Positions 1 through 10,962 of a stretch of DNA of 32,000 bases are shown in pieces. Location: assembly GCA_000002455.1 (NCBI GenBank), contig DQ158856.1:1-32000 (forward strand), given 5' to 3'. The notes beneath the pieces are model-generated. The model ran no database searches. It saw only the letters and a list, made by a program, of their open reading frames with translations, and was not told where the DNA came from. Both the position numbers and the translations under genes were made by a program. The number at the start of each line of letters is the position of its first letter. Positions within the stretch are counted from its first letter, which is position 1. Source of the stretch: Bigelowiella natans nucleomorph (lineage: Eukaryota > Protista > Cercozoa).

Positions 1-225
1 TAGACCCTAGACCCTAGACCCTAGACCCTAGACCCTAGACCCTAGACCCTAGACCCTAGACCCTAGACCCTAGACCCTAGACCCTAGACCCTAGACCCTA
101 GACCCTAGACCCTAGACCCTAGACCCTAGACCCTAGACCCTAGACCCTAGACCCTAGACCCTAGACCCTAGACCCTAGACCCTAGACCCTAGACCCTAGA
201 CCCTAGACCCTAGACCCTAGACCCT
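1..225. repeat. Telomeric repeat array (CCCTAGA)n / (TCTAGGG)n
   Basis: About 32 perfect 7-mer copies from base 1. TCTAGGG is the known chlorarachniophyte nucleomorph telomere unit. Confidence 0.98.
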
Positions 226-1336
226 GCGTGTGGTGGTTTGTTTGCGCCGCTCTGTTACTAGTTTTTAAATATTTAAACTTGACATAATTAAAATTTTAAA
301 CCTTGTAGAATCTGCATCCTTTTATATTTTGTCTACCTTTAATGCAGATAGTTTCTAACTCGTCAGTTTGGGTTTGCACGCATAACACTAACATGTTCGT
401 TAGTCTCTTTGTGTGAGCATTTGGCATGGAGTTAGTTCCTTCTGGTTGTACGCGGCGTATGCAGCGCGGTATTCTGGTTTTTGGTAGAAACTCGCCCATG
501 ATGCGGTGTTCCTGCCCATACCTTGGAATTCGGACGCTTCCAGACCTTATACTAGCCCTTAGATTAGGGCCTGTGTAGCGTTCCACGCTCAATTGATACT
601 CTTGTTGCTTAATTAGACATCCGGAAACATTCACGGATAAGAACCGAAACACCGCAACCGGTTCGTGGATGCGCCTAGCGGCATCCCTGTAAGATACTGA
701 ACGAAGTCCTGTAGGATAATACACGTTCAACGACCTATAAATACTACAGCGAGAGTATTTTGACTCAATTATAACTAACACGCGCGATATGGTTTTGGCA
801 GGTATACGTTTAGTAGACCTTCAATTAGAAAGGTCTTCGGCTGATCGAATACGTCCAAAGCTGTGTATCCGCACAGGGAAGCACACACTGGAGTTTTGTC
901 TCCCCAGATTCTCTTCTTACGTTGTGGAAGCCCCACATCAACAACTTGAGGGTTGTCACCATCTAAGAACGGTTAGCCCACACTCAAGCTTTTTGTTATA
1001 TACGTGAGCTATTTCCCGCTGAGAAGAGTTTCGGTTTGGCGAGCTTGTCGTCCAGTGGTATGCGTTCCCAGGAGAAACCCCAACTAAACAAATCAAAACA
1101 ATGGTTTCCTACTCTCTAACTAGGTCACGTTTCGAGTCTCAGAGGCAGCGTTTACAAAGAGGTCTAAGAGAGTTTTCGCGATGCGGGCTTTGGTTCGAGA
1201 GGGAGCATGGATCATGCTTGAATATTGATCCTGTAGAATTATCTTTTTCTACGGGTTGCATCATCGGATGATGTACCAGAGAGGCGCCGGTACGGCGCCT
1301 CTCGAATAGTTTCCGCTTTGCGGAGATGCGACTTGA
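226..1336 (+). other. Subtelomeric spacer, presumed Pol I promoter region and 5' ETS
   Basis: Lies between the telomere and the 18S start. Contains a perfect 11-bp hairpin GAGAGGCGCCG-GTA-CGGCGCCTCTC at 1279-1303, just upstream of 18S. Confidence 0.6.
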
Positions 1337-3081
1337 TAGCTGGTGGATCCTGCCAGTAGTTATATGCTCGTCTTCAAGATTAAGCCATGCATGTCTAAGT
1401 GTAAACCACTGGTGAACTGCGAATGGCTCATTATACCAGTTATAATTTATTTGGTGGTATGGACTACTCGGATACCCGTAGTAACTCTGTGGCTAATACG
1501 TGCGAATTTCCCCAACTCATCCGTCAAGGAGATTAGGAGGGGCGTATTTATTAGTTATAAACGCTAGCCTCGACACTCAGCCTTAAGTTATAGCCTGAGT
1601 GTAGAGATCGTGTTGAATCATAATAACTGTCGAATCGTATGGCCGTTTAGCTACTAGTATAGCTGAACAACGCTAACGATGCTCCAATCAAATTTCTGCC
1701 CCATCATCTTGCACGTTGGTAGGGTAGTGGCCTACCAAAGAAATGACGGGTAACGGGGAATTGGCGTTCGATTCCGGAGAGGGAGCCTGAGAGACGGCTA
1801 CCACTTCTAAGGAAGGCAGCAGGCGCGCAACTTACCCAATCCTGACGCAGGGAGGTAGTGACGAAACATACCCTAGTATAGATCCGTGATCTTGTATAGG
1901 GAATGCATCCAATCTAAACCGTTGGGTGATGACCGATTGGAGGGCAAGACTGGTGCCAGCAGCCGCGGTAATACCAGCTCCAATAGCATATATTAGTGTT
2001 GTTGCGGTTAAAACGTCCGTAGTCGAATTAAAGGCTCGTAACGCGTCTGACGCTAGGAGTTACTGGGGTGACCATCCCCAAGGGGTAGCTTGTGTAGCCC
2101 TGCGGAGATATCGCCCCATGTTACCTTGACGAAATTGTGGTGTTCATAGCAAGTACGGAGTACTCTAGGCACAATAGCATGGAATAACAACGCAAGGACT
2201 CCGACCCGGATTGCGCTAGCGCTCGGGATCGGAGGAAGGATTAATAGGAGCAGTCGGGGGCGGTCGTATTCCATTGCTAGAGGTGAAATTCGGTGACCAA
2301 TGGAGGACGAACAACAGCGAAAGCATCCGTCCAGTATGTTTTCATTGATCAGTGGACGAAAGCTAGGGGAGCGAACACGATTAGGCACCGTGTGTAGTCC
2401 TAGCCGTAAACGATACCGACTAGGGGTTGGTGGACGTTCTTCTCGATAGCTCCATCAGCACCTTATGAGAAATCACAAGCTTTCGGGTTCCGGGGGGAGT
2501 ACGGTCGCAAGGCTGAAACTTAAAGGAATTGGCGGAAGGGCACCACAAGGCGTGGAGCTTGCGGCTTAATTTGACTCAACGCAGGAAAACTTACCAGGTC
2601 CGTACATAGGGAGGATTGACAGATTGATAGCTCTTTCTTGATTCTATGGGAGGTGGTGCATGGCCGTTTCTAGTTCGTGAGTTGACTTGTCAGGTTAATT
2701 CCGGTAACGAGCGAGACCTCAACTCCTAGCGAGCTCAGTACGTTGAATATCCGGTGTAGACTTGGGTACAACCAAGATCCACGAAGGGAGTAGCTTGGTG
2801 AAGGCAATCCGGGTATGGGCCAGGACCGAGCATTACGAAATGAGCATCCTAGGAGGACGCTTGGTGGGAAACCAAGGGAGGCATGAGGCGATAGCAGGTC
2901 TGTGATGCCCTTAGATGTTCTGGGCTGCACGCGCGCTACAATGGTGCGAGCAATGAGATGAGGGCTGAACCGAGAGGTTTGGCGCGCCTCGTAAACCGCA
3001 CCCTGCCAGGGATAGATCATTGCAATTGTTGATCTTGAACGAGGAATGCCTAGTAAGCACGAGTCATCAGCTCGTGCTGAA

Positions 3082-3119
<38 letters not shown>

Positions 3120-3204
3120 GCCAATGGATCGGCTGGAGAGAGCGAGAGATCGACCAGGGTAACACCCTCGCGTTGTAGACCTCCCTCGATCCGTCAGTAT
3201 CTAA

Positions 3205-3257
<53 letters not shown>

Positions 3258-3258
3258 C
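1337..3258 (+). rRNA. rrn18: 18S (SSU) rRNA, nucleomorph
   Basis: Begins TAGCTGGTGGATCCTGCCAGTAG, contains GTGCCAGCAGCCGCGGTAA and GTACACACCGCCCGTC, ends GTAGGTGAACCTGCGGAAGGATCAT. Confidence 0.97.
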
Positions 3259-3363
3259 GCTTCTAAATCGAGCCCAGCGCGCGAGCGTAAGTCAAGGTTG
3301 AACACGTGACGAAAGAGAAGCAGTCAGGCGCATGGCAGGTGAACCTACCAAGTTTGAACGAAG

Positions 3364-3541
3364 AAACCCTAGTGATGGATGTCTAGGCTCCCGTATCGAT
3401 GAAGAACGTAGCAGAAAGCGACATGCGATGATACGCGCATAGACCAGGATTCCGCGGACTCGTGAATCATTGAATCTTCGAACGCATCTGGCGCTCAGCA
3501 GTGGAGCCGTAGCAGGCTGAGCATGCCCTGGAGTAGTGACA
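3364..3541 (+). rRNA. rrn5.8: 5.8S rRNA
   Basis: Conserved GGATGTCTAGGCTC, ATCGATGAAGAACGTAGC and GTGAATCATTGAATCTTCGAACGCA motifs between short ITS1 and ITS2. Ends approximate. Confidence 0.93.
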
Positions 3542-3699
3542 AGAGCTGCCATCGCTGTGGCACGAGTGTGCTGCAGCGCCGTGTCCGATATCCGAAAGTG
3601 AGTCCAAATCTCCTTGAGGACGGATCAAATACCGGACCCTACCCTAGCGGTGGGGAGAGGCTAGTTTCCTGTGGGTCGCTGAACGACCCACGAGCGCAT

Positions 3700-3747
3700 G
3701 AGGTCCTACCCACGAGCAGGAGAACCCGCTGAACTTAAGCATATCAT

Positions 3748-3804
<57 letters not shown>

Positions 3805-6163
3805 GTAGCCCAACCACGAAGCGCATTGAACCTGAGCCAAGGGAGGCCAGGTTCTAGTGCATTGTAGGGTAAAAGGAAAACGGAGTGGTGAATCCGATGG
3901 GTGTATTCCTAGCTAAAGGGAAACCCTATACCCGCACGTGTCTGAAGAGGAACTGGAATGTCCCACCAGAGAGAGTGAGAGTCTCGTAAGTCACGCGCGG
4001 GTTGGGTCCAATACCCTTTACCAGGGCCCGGATGATCCACCAATTCCTGAGAGTCGGGTTGCTTGAGAGTGCAGCCTGAAGCGGGTGGTAGACCCCATCC
4101 AAGGCTAAATACAACCGGGAGACCGATAGCGAACAAGTACCGCGAGGGAAAGATGAAAGAGCACCCCGGAAGGGGAGTGAAATGAGAACCTGAAATCATT
4201 AGGGTGGAAGCATCTGGGGGTGCGATGTGGGGATGGTTATAAGCCAGTTCCTTTGATCGATCCCAGCCGCGCATCGCACGAGACAGGTCCGACACGGATC
4301 TGAAACGAATCTCGTGACACGATGAGGGGCTGTGTAGATAGAGACAGAGTCAGGCATGTCCTGCATGACCTGATCACGAGGATCGATCCAACATCCTCCG
4401 ATGACCCGTCTTGAAACACGGACCAAGGAGTCTGGCAGGTCTGCGAGTCAGTGTGCGGCGAGCCACACGGGCGTAAGAAACCTGACCAGGGGTTGGACAC
4501 ATGGACCATGCCGAACTGAGGCACGGTCCATGTGTCCAACCTTGACCGGTCGCCCTATACGCGGAGCCTTATTACCGCTGATGCATCCCGGTATAGCCAT
4601 ACCGGGCTCGCTGCGGAAGTGCGCAGTCATGCGTTTGAGAGCTTCGCGTCTGAGCGATCCGGTGGAGCAGGCCTCCCAGGACCCGAAAGGTGGTGATCTA
4701 GGCCTGGGCAGGGCGAAGCCTGGCTAACGCTTGGTGGAGGCCCGAAGGAGTGCTGACGTGCAAATCGCTTCTCTGACCTGGGCCTAGTGGCGAAAGACCA
4801 ATCGAACCACCTAGTAGCTGGTTCCCTCCGAAGTTTCTCACAGGATAGCTGAGACTCGATCGGGTGTGTCAAGTAAAGCGACTGATTACGAGTGACGGGC
4901 GTGGATAGATGTTCGACTCGTTCTCAAACTCTGAATTGGCACGGCGCCTCCTTGCTTGGATGAAGGGGTAAGCGCGACCGAGAGTCTCAAGTGGGCCAGT
5001 TTTGGTAAGCAGAGCTGGCGATGCGGGATGAACCGAGTGTCGAGTTAAAGTGTCCAACTACACGCTCACCTAGATCCCAGGAAGGGTGTCAGCTGATACT
5101 GACAGCGGGGCGGTGGTCATAGAAGTCGAAATCCGCTAAGGAGTGTGTTACAACTCACCTGCCGAACCAGTAGGCCCCGAAAATGGATGACGCTCAAGCG
5201 TGTGACTTAGACTCGACCGTGAGCGCGAACGTTGCTCTCACGGGTAGGAGGGCGTGGGTGTTGCTTCGAAGCCATGGCGTAAGCCTCGGTGGAGCGGCGC
5301 CTAGTGCAGATCTTGGTGGGAGTAGCGAATATTCAAATGAGAACTTTGAAGACTGAAGTGGAGAAGGGTTCCGCGGGAACAGCGTTTGGCCGCGGGTGAG
5401 TCGATCCTAAGGATTAGGGTAGCGCCGTAGCATCCTCATCGAAAGGGAAAAGGGTTAATATTCCCTTACCTTGGAGGGATCCGAAGGCGGCAACGCAAGC
5501 GAGCTCGCAGACGCTCGCCTTGATCCCGGGAGGAGGTCTCTACTCCTCTTGATGCTTGTGGGGGCTTGGAGCAGGGTCAACTGGAGAAGGGGCTCCACAA
5601 GCGGCACAGCCCTGTTCGAAACACGGGGTCCGGTGCATCAGGGCGGGCCCATGAAAATGCGAGGGAGCGACAAGGATGCACCTCCCAAGGTCGTACCCAT
5701 AACCGCATCAGGTCTCCAAGGTGAGCAGCCTCTAGTCGATAGAGAAAGGTAGGTAAGGGAATTCGGCAAATTAGATCTGTAACTTCGGGATAAGGATTGG
5801 CTTCGATCGTTACCCCCCTGGGTATCGCTGCGGAAGTGCGCAGTGAAGTTTCGCGTGGCGGAGACCCGACGGCCTACACAAAATACGAGATCTATACACA
5901 TCCCACAGCGGGTGCAACTCCCCGATCCAAGGATGTGTGTCTGTATACTAATGGACGGTCTTTGTGTGGCGGGTGTCGTGTCAGGGGTCACCGAGGAACG
6001 ATACTGATACCTGGGGGAGGTTGACTCAATTGAAACTGGCGCGGACCAAGGGAATCCGACTGTCTACTAAAAACACAGCATTGCGATGGTCCCCGCGGAT
6101 GTTGACGCAATGTGAATCCTGCCCAGTGCTCAGACTGTCAAGACGGAGAGATTCGACGAAGCA

Positions 6164-6204
<41 letters not shown>

Positions 6205-6275
6205 TAAATGCCTCGTCATCTAATTAGTGACGTGCATGAATGGAGCAACGAGATTCCTACTGTCCCTACCTACCC

Positions 6276-6309
<34 letters not shown>

Positions 6310-6316
6310 GAGAAAC

Positions 6317-6351
<35 letters not shown>

Positions 6352-6763
6352 TCCTGGGGTTGTTGGGCGACTTAGGAGGTGTAGCATAGGTGGGAGCTTC
6401 CGAGCGTCACTGAAATACCACCACTCCCAAGATCGTCCTGCTGATCTTGTTATGGTAAGCGTGCATGGACCCACTCCCGTGGCGTGGTTTGTGCGCGGCA
6501 GGCATACTCGAGTAAGTGTAGGATCCGCGCGATTCCTCGCTTGCTTGGCTTCTTACGCACGAGAGACACCCCCAGGTGGGGAGTTCGGCTGGGGCGGTAC
6601 ACCCGTCAAAAGACAACGCGGGTGTCCTATGGTCAGCTCAACGAGGACAGAACTCTCGTGTGGTGTAGTTAAGGGTAGAAGCTGACTTGATTCGGGCTCT
6701 CAGTAGGAGCTTGAGCTGCGAAAGCATGGCCTACCGATCCTTTAGCCTTCTGGGTGTGAAGCT

Positions 6764-6794
<31 letters not shown>

Positions 6795-6840
6795 TTGGTT
6801 TGTGGCAGCCAAGCGTTCATAGCGACGTTGCTTTTTGATT

Positions 6841-6874
<34 letters not shown>

Positions 6875-6909
6875 GGATTCACAAAGCGTTGGATTGTTCA
6901 CCCACAGAC

Positions 6910-6964
<55 letters not shown>

Positions 6965-7360
6965 TTGTGAGGGGCCGGTGTGATGGTAATGGAGCTTAGT
7001 ACGAGAGGAACGGTTCGATCGGATACTTGGTAACGCGCTCGATGGAGCCGTCGATGGCGCGAGGCTACATCCGTGGGGTAATGGCTGACAGCCTCTCAAG
7101 CCAGAACCCTTGCCAGAGACACGGCCAGGCGAGAGGAACGCGGCCGGCCAAGACAAGCCTCTGCGCGAAGCGGAGGAAGAAGGCCTTATGTACCCCTTAG
7201 AGGGCACAGAACTGACGCGCCCGAGCCTCAGATCATTCTGGGGCAAGACCTCCGCCAAGGACCCACTGTAGACGACCGTGCTAAAGAGGAACGGGGTGCT
7301 GGAAGCGAGAGAGTGCAAACGCGTGATCCGTGCAGGCCTACCCCCGGTTCACTAGGTCCT
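3700..7360 (+). rRNA. rrn28: 28S (LSU) rRNA
   Basis: ACCCGCTGAACTTAAGCATATC near 3724, GACCCGTCTTGAAACACGGACCAAGGAG, sarcin-ricin loop AGTACGAGAGGAAC near 6998, and 3' GTAGACGAC...AACGGGGT. Both ends approximate. Confidence 0.96.
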
Positions 7361-8085
7361 CCGGAATAAGGATGCAAGTATACAAAAATTCTGCTTCTTA
7401 CTATTCTTAGTTGTAGTCTTTTCGTTACCTTACTTTCAGGCATTATCTCGTTTAAGGCTTTTAATCATATATCCTCTTGGGTTAGCATCTCTTGATGTTA
7501 TTTCAGCCTCGCTTACATAAATTTGCGTCGCTACTAGAGTATCTCAACTTTTAACAGTCCTCTTGAACGTTCGATGAATCTGTAGAGAGTCGCCCATTGA
7601 TGTCATGCACTATCTCAATTACCTTGATTAATAAGCCAACCTGGGTTGCATTCCTTGAATTTGATTCGGAGCATTTTTTGAGATGTCTTTGGCTTTCTTG
7701 AGATACATCCAAAAGGAGGAGACTATTTCTATATCAAGCACCTCCAAACTTCAGTTGATAAGAGAGACAGAGGAGTCCTGTAAACGCAAAGTAGGAGTAG
7801 GGGTGTGCACCCCTACGTCTTGTAGAGAAATAGCTTCTCCTGTGGTCACAGATCGTCCAGGTATGTTCTAGTAAGAGTCATGTGAAACATTGAGGTTTTT
7901 TTACCACCGTGTCTGAAGGTGCTCTTTGAATGTACATGCACTCATCTCTATACGGTGGTTAGAAAAAGGGAGTAAGGTAAATATTAAGTGAATAATCCTA
8001 AAACAAAAAAAAGTTAATTATAGGCTTTAATTAGTAAAGTCTTGTCAAATATAATAGCGAGCGACCTTCTGTAAGGCCATGGTTA

Positions 8086-8358
8086 TTATTGAAGTAGAGT
8101 TTGTAGTTCACTCATGAGTTGGGTTATGGCAGACCTGTCTTTACTGTTCAGACCGGATCGCAGGGCATCGATGGTAGACTGTATCTGTGAAGCTTTCTCA
8201 GATTTTGCAAGTTCGCTGTCTTCTTGTAGCTTCCTCTGAGCTTCGTAAATGAGAGCCTCGGCGTTATTTTTAATCTCGACAAATTCCTTTTCGGCCTTAT
8301 CCTCACCTGAATACTTCTGGGCATCTTCAATGATCTGATCGATCTCTTCCTTGCTAAG
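8086..8358 (-). pseudogene. dnaK: dnaK (plastid-type Hsp70) 3' fragment, helical lid region only
   Basis: A frame missing from the ORF track reads LSKEEIDQIIEDAQKYSGEDKAEKEFVEIKNNAEALIYEAQRKLQE...LQTLLQ*, matching the DnaK C-terminus. There is an in-frame stop 4 codons upstream and no ATG. Subtelomeric dnaK pseudogenes are known in Bigelowiella natans. Confidence 0.88.
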
Positions 8359-8968
8359 AAAACTTCTTGGTCATTTGGGTTTGTTTCGTGCATCTTTTTG
8401 GAAAGCCTGGTGTGTCAAGTGCAACCTCATCTTGTCGTTGGATTACCCTATAATTGATTTTCTGGCGAAACGGTGTCTATTTTCATAAAGGATCATATCG
8501 TTTTCGATACTGGATGGAAACTTTAGGTGTTGTGTATTTATCTGATAAGGATTTGTTTTGTCCTCTAGTTTGTACCTTCATGCTTGGGTTTTTTTTGTAA
8601 GATACTAGGGAGCGGCGTATATATAAGGGCGAGCTATCTGTGCATGTATCAAGAAATATAGGTGTATAATATAATTTTTAATTAAATGTTACATATGATA
8701 AAGTAATTATCGACTTACATAAGAGTCTTGTAGTATGAAGAGCCATGGTTACAAATATCTATATAACTTTATGTATGAGATACTGACAAGGAATAAGCCT
8801 ATGGAACTAGATACAATAGTGATCAACATATTGATGTTTGCGACGATGAAGTCCCATACAATATTAACTTAGTACATTCTCTTTAGGGTCTTTAGATGAA
8901 TTTTTCGCGTCAGATCCAATTGTTAAGAATAACGTTGGATAATAACAATTACCTTCAGTTATTTCTCT

Positions 8969-9691
8969 ATGGTTGGCTTAGCTGATCAAATAGCAAATCA
9001 GTATCAAATTAAAAATCTCAACACATCTTTATTGGCAACCAATTTAGACTTAAAAGTTTTTATATTATTTTTAGGTAAATGAAGAGATTCTTTGGGAATT
9101 ATTTTTACAGACTGGGCCTTTAAGTATTTTTAAACATATAGGATCTATATTTTTACCAAGAGACCCTTTGAGCGATAGACATTTTGGATATGCTTTTATA
9201 GAGTATGAAACTGAATTAGATGCAAATTATGTTAGATTATCTAAACTAGACAATAAAAATCTTATCACCACTTAGATTGTTTAATAAATTAATTTCTATA
9301 AACAAACTTAGTCATGAAGGATCATATAGTACCGGTGCTTGTCTGTATATTGGAAATATTAACAAGAACACGGACGAAAAAGTATTACAATATATCCTTA
9401 GTTAATTTATTCAACATTCTCATCGTTTGGGAATATAGTCAAAGCACCCATTTTATCTAAAACTTTTACTAATAAGGGAGTGAAATATTATGCACTTATT
9501 ACTTATGATTCTTACGATTCTGCTGATGCAGCAATTTACAATATGAATGGACAAATGTTTAATGGCAACGTTATTACTGTTGATTATTTTTATTCTGCAT
9601 CTTCAACAAGGATTAAAGTTTATTTCTTTTTATTTAGACATCGGTAGTTGAAAGAATGATAAATGAAAATAGAAAACTATTCCACCACTAG
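8969..9691 (+). CDS. sf3b4: Splicing factor SF3B4/SAP49 (two RRMs), 5 introns
   Basis: Spliced protein has NLDLKVNEEILWELFLQTGP, HFGYAFIEYETELDANY, GACLYIGNI and DSADAAIYNMNGQ. Introns 9056-9074 (19), 9124-9141 (18), 9231-9249 (19), 9382-9401 (20), 9618-9637 (20). Confidence 0.93.
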
Positions 9692-9729
9692 ACTAAACCC
9701 TTAATAACAATTATTACAGACCTGACTTA

Positions 9730-10083
9730 ATGTTCGGTATTTCATTGAACATTTACAAACTAATGTTATCAAGTAATTCTGATTTAATGATGATAATGAA
9801 GCTTAAAAAATTAATGAATAACTATTCTCTTTTAAATGGATATGAGCTAGTTAATATAAATCGTAATTATATTAATATGACTATTCGATCCGGTTTCGAA
9901 AAAAGCAAATTAAAAATTAAATCGATAAATTTATATGAAAAAGCCCCCCAAAGATCTATAAATACAATTAAAAATAGGCAGTCTCTTTTTGGAGATGTCT
10001 TTAATGATTATAAAGTTAAGTTTAATCATTCTTTTAGTATTAGTAGGATTTATGAAGTTCTAGCATTAATTAATAACTATTAA
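9730..10083 (+). CDS. Hypothetical protein (117 aa), possibly a detached N-terminal part of nog2
   Basis: Open 117-codon frame in very AT-rich DNA, filling the gap between sf3b4 and nog2. No clear motif. Confidence 0.4.
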   Translation: MFGISLNIYKLMLSSNSDLMMIMKLKKLMNNYSLLNGYELVNINRNYINMTIRSGFEKSKLKIKSINLYEKAPQRSINTIKNRQSLFGDVFNDYKVKFNHSFSISRIYEVLALINNY

Positions 10084-10108
10084 GCAATAAAACTAATTAA
10101 GTAATTGA

Positions 10109-10883
10109 ATGATAATGATTAGTAATTTTTACAAATGTATTAAATTTTTTGATATTTTTATAGAAGTAAAAAAAAATATAAAGATTCTAGACATACGAAA
10201 TCCGAATAAGGGAAGAAATCTCCTAATTGAAAATAGTATAAATTCTTCGAAACTTGGAAATCCGATTATTATATTATTGAATAAAGTAGATTTAATCCCA
10301 AAATGGGTTATAAAATTCTGGATAAAATATTATTCCAAAAACAATTTTGTATTAACACACTCTAACAAATCAATCAACAATAAAGATTCTAAATATTTTA
10401 TAAAGCTTCTATCCATAAATAGTCAAATTTATAAAAATAAAATAAAAAAAGTACTCGTATTTGGGAAAAGCTTCGTAGGCAAATCAACTTTTATTCGTTG
10501 TTTACAGCTAAAAATAAAATCGAAATCCTACAATCTTAAGGAGCATGCTCATAAAAAGATGCCTCATTTTAGTTTTATCAAGCTAACTAGACTTTTATAT
10601 ATCTGTGAAACTAATTTCAATAAGGTAATTAAAAATATTTTAGAAAACTGTCAATTTATCCGGTTTTTCTAATAAATCTTTAAAACTAATTTATGCTAAA
10701 GTTTTATTTCAATTAATGGTATTCTTAGAAAAATTTTTACTTAAAAAATGTCGACATAATAAAAGTAGTAGAAATAATATAATAATAAAACTTTTTCAGA
10801 ATTATAAAAGAAGTAATTTTTCAAGCCTACATACAAAGTTCCTCAAGGGGAAAGTACCTAATTTTATAATTCCGTTCTATTAG
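10109..10883 (+). CDS. nog2: Nucleolar circularly permuted GTPase, Nog2-like
   Basis: ILDIRNP (DARDP), LNKVDLIPKWV (G4), GKSFVGKST (G1) and C-terminal FLKGKVPNFIIP. Introns 10166-10183 (18) and 10625-10643 (19). 5' end uncertain. Confidence 0.82.
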
Positions 10884-10962
10884 TTATTCTTGTATTAATT
10901 AAAGAACAAATAATAAAAATATTTCTTTCAGGGTTATAACTCAAAAAATTCCATAACTAAAG

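Noticed and set aside
1-225. Repeat array as CRISPR or satellite
   Set aside because: No spacers; it is a simple terminal telomere.
505-630. Faint 5S-rRNA-like words (CCATACC ... GGGCCTG.GTAG)
   Set aside because: No convincing box A/box C, loop E or terminal helix, and the spacing is off.
6190-6205. CTCTCTTAAGGTAGC homing endonuclease / R2 target site in 28S
   Set aside because: This is ordinary conserved rRNA sequence. It is uninterrupted, with no group I intron or retroelement.
1343-7443. About 25 short ORFs on both strands in the ORF track
   Set aside because: They overlap 18S/5.8S/28S rRNA and are chance frames in GC-rich structural RNA.
8148-8393. 81-aa ORF in the track
   Set aside because: It is the wrong frame of the dnaK pseudogene fragment.
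226-8960. Spliceosomal snRNAs or a telomerase RNA template in the spacers
   Set aside because: I found no U1/U2/U4/U5/U6 signature in context and no internal CCCTAGACCC template by eye.
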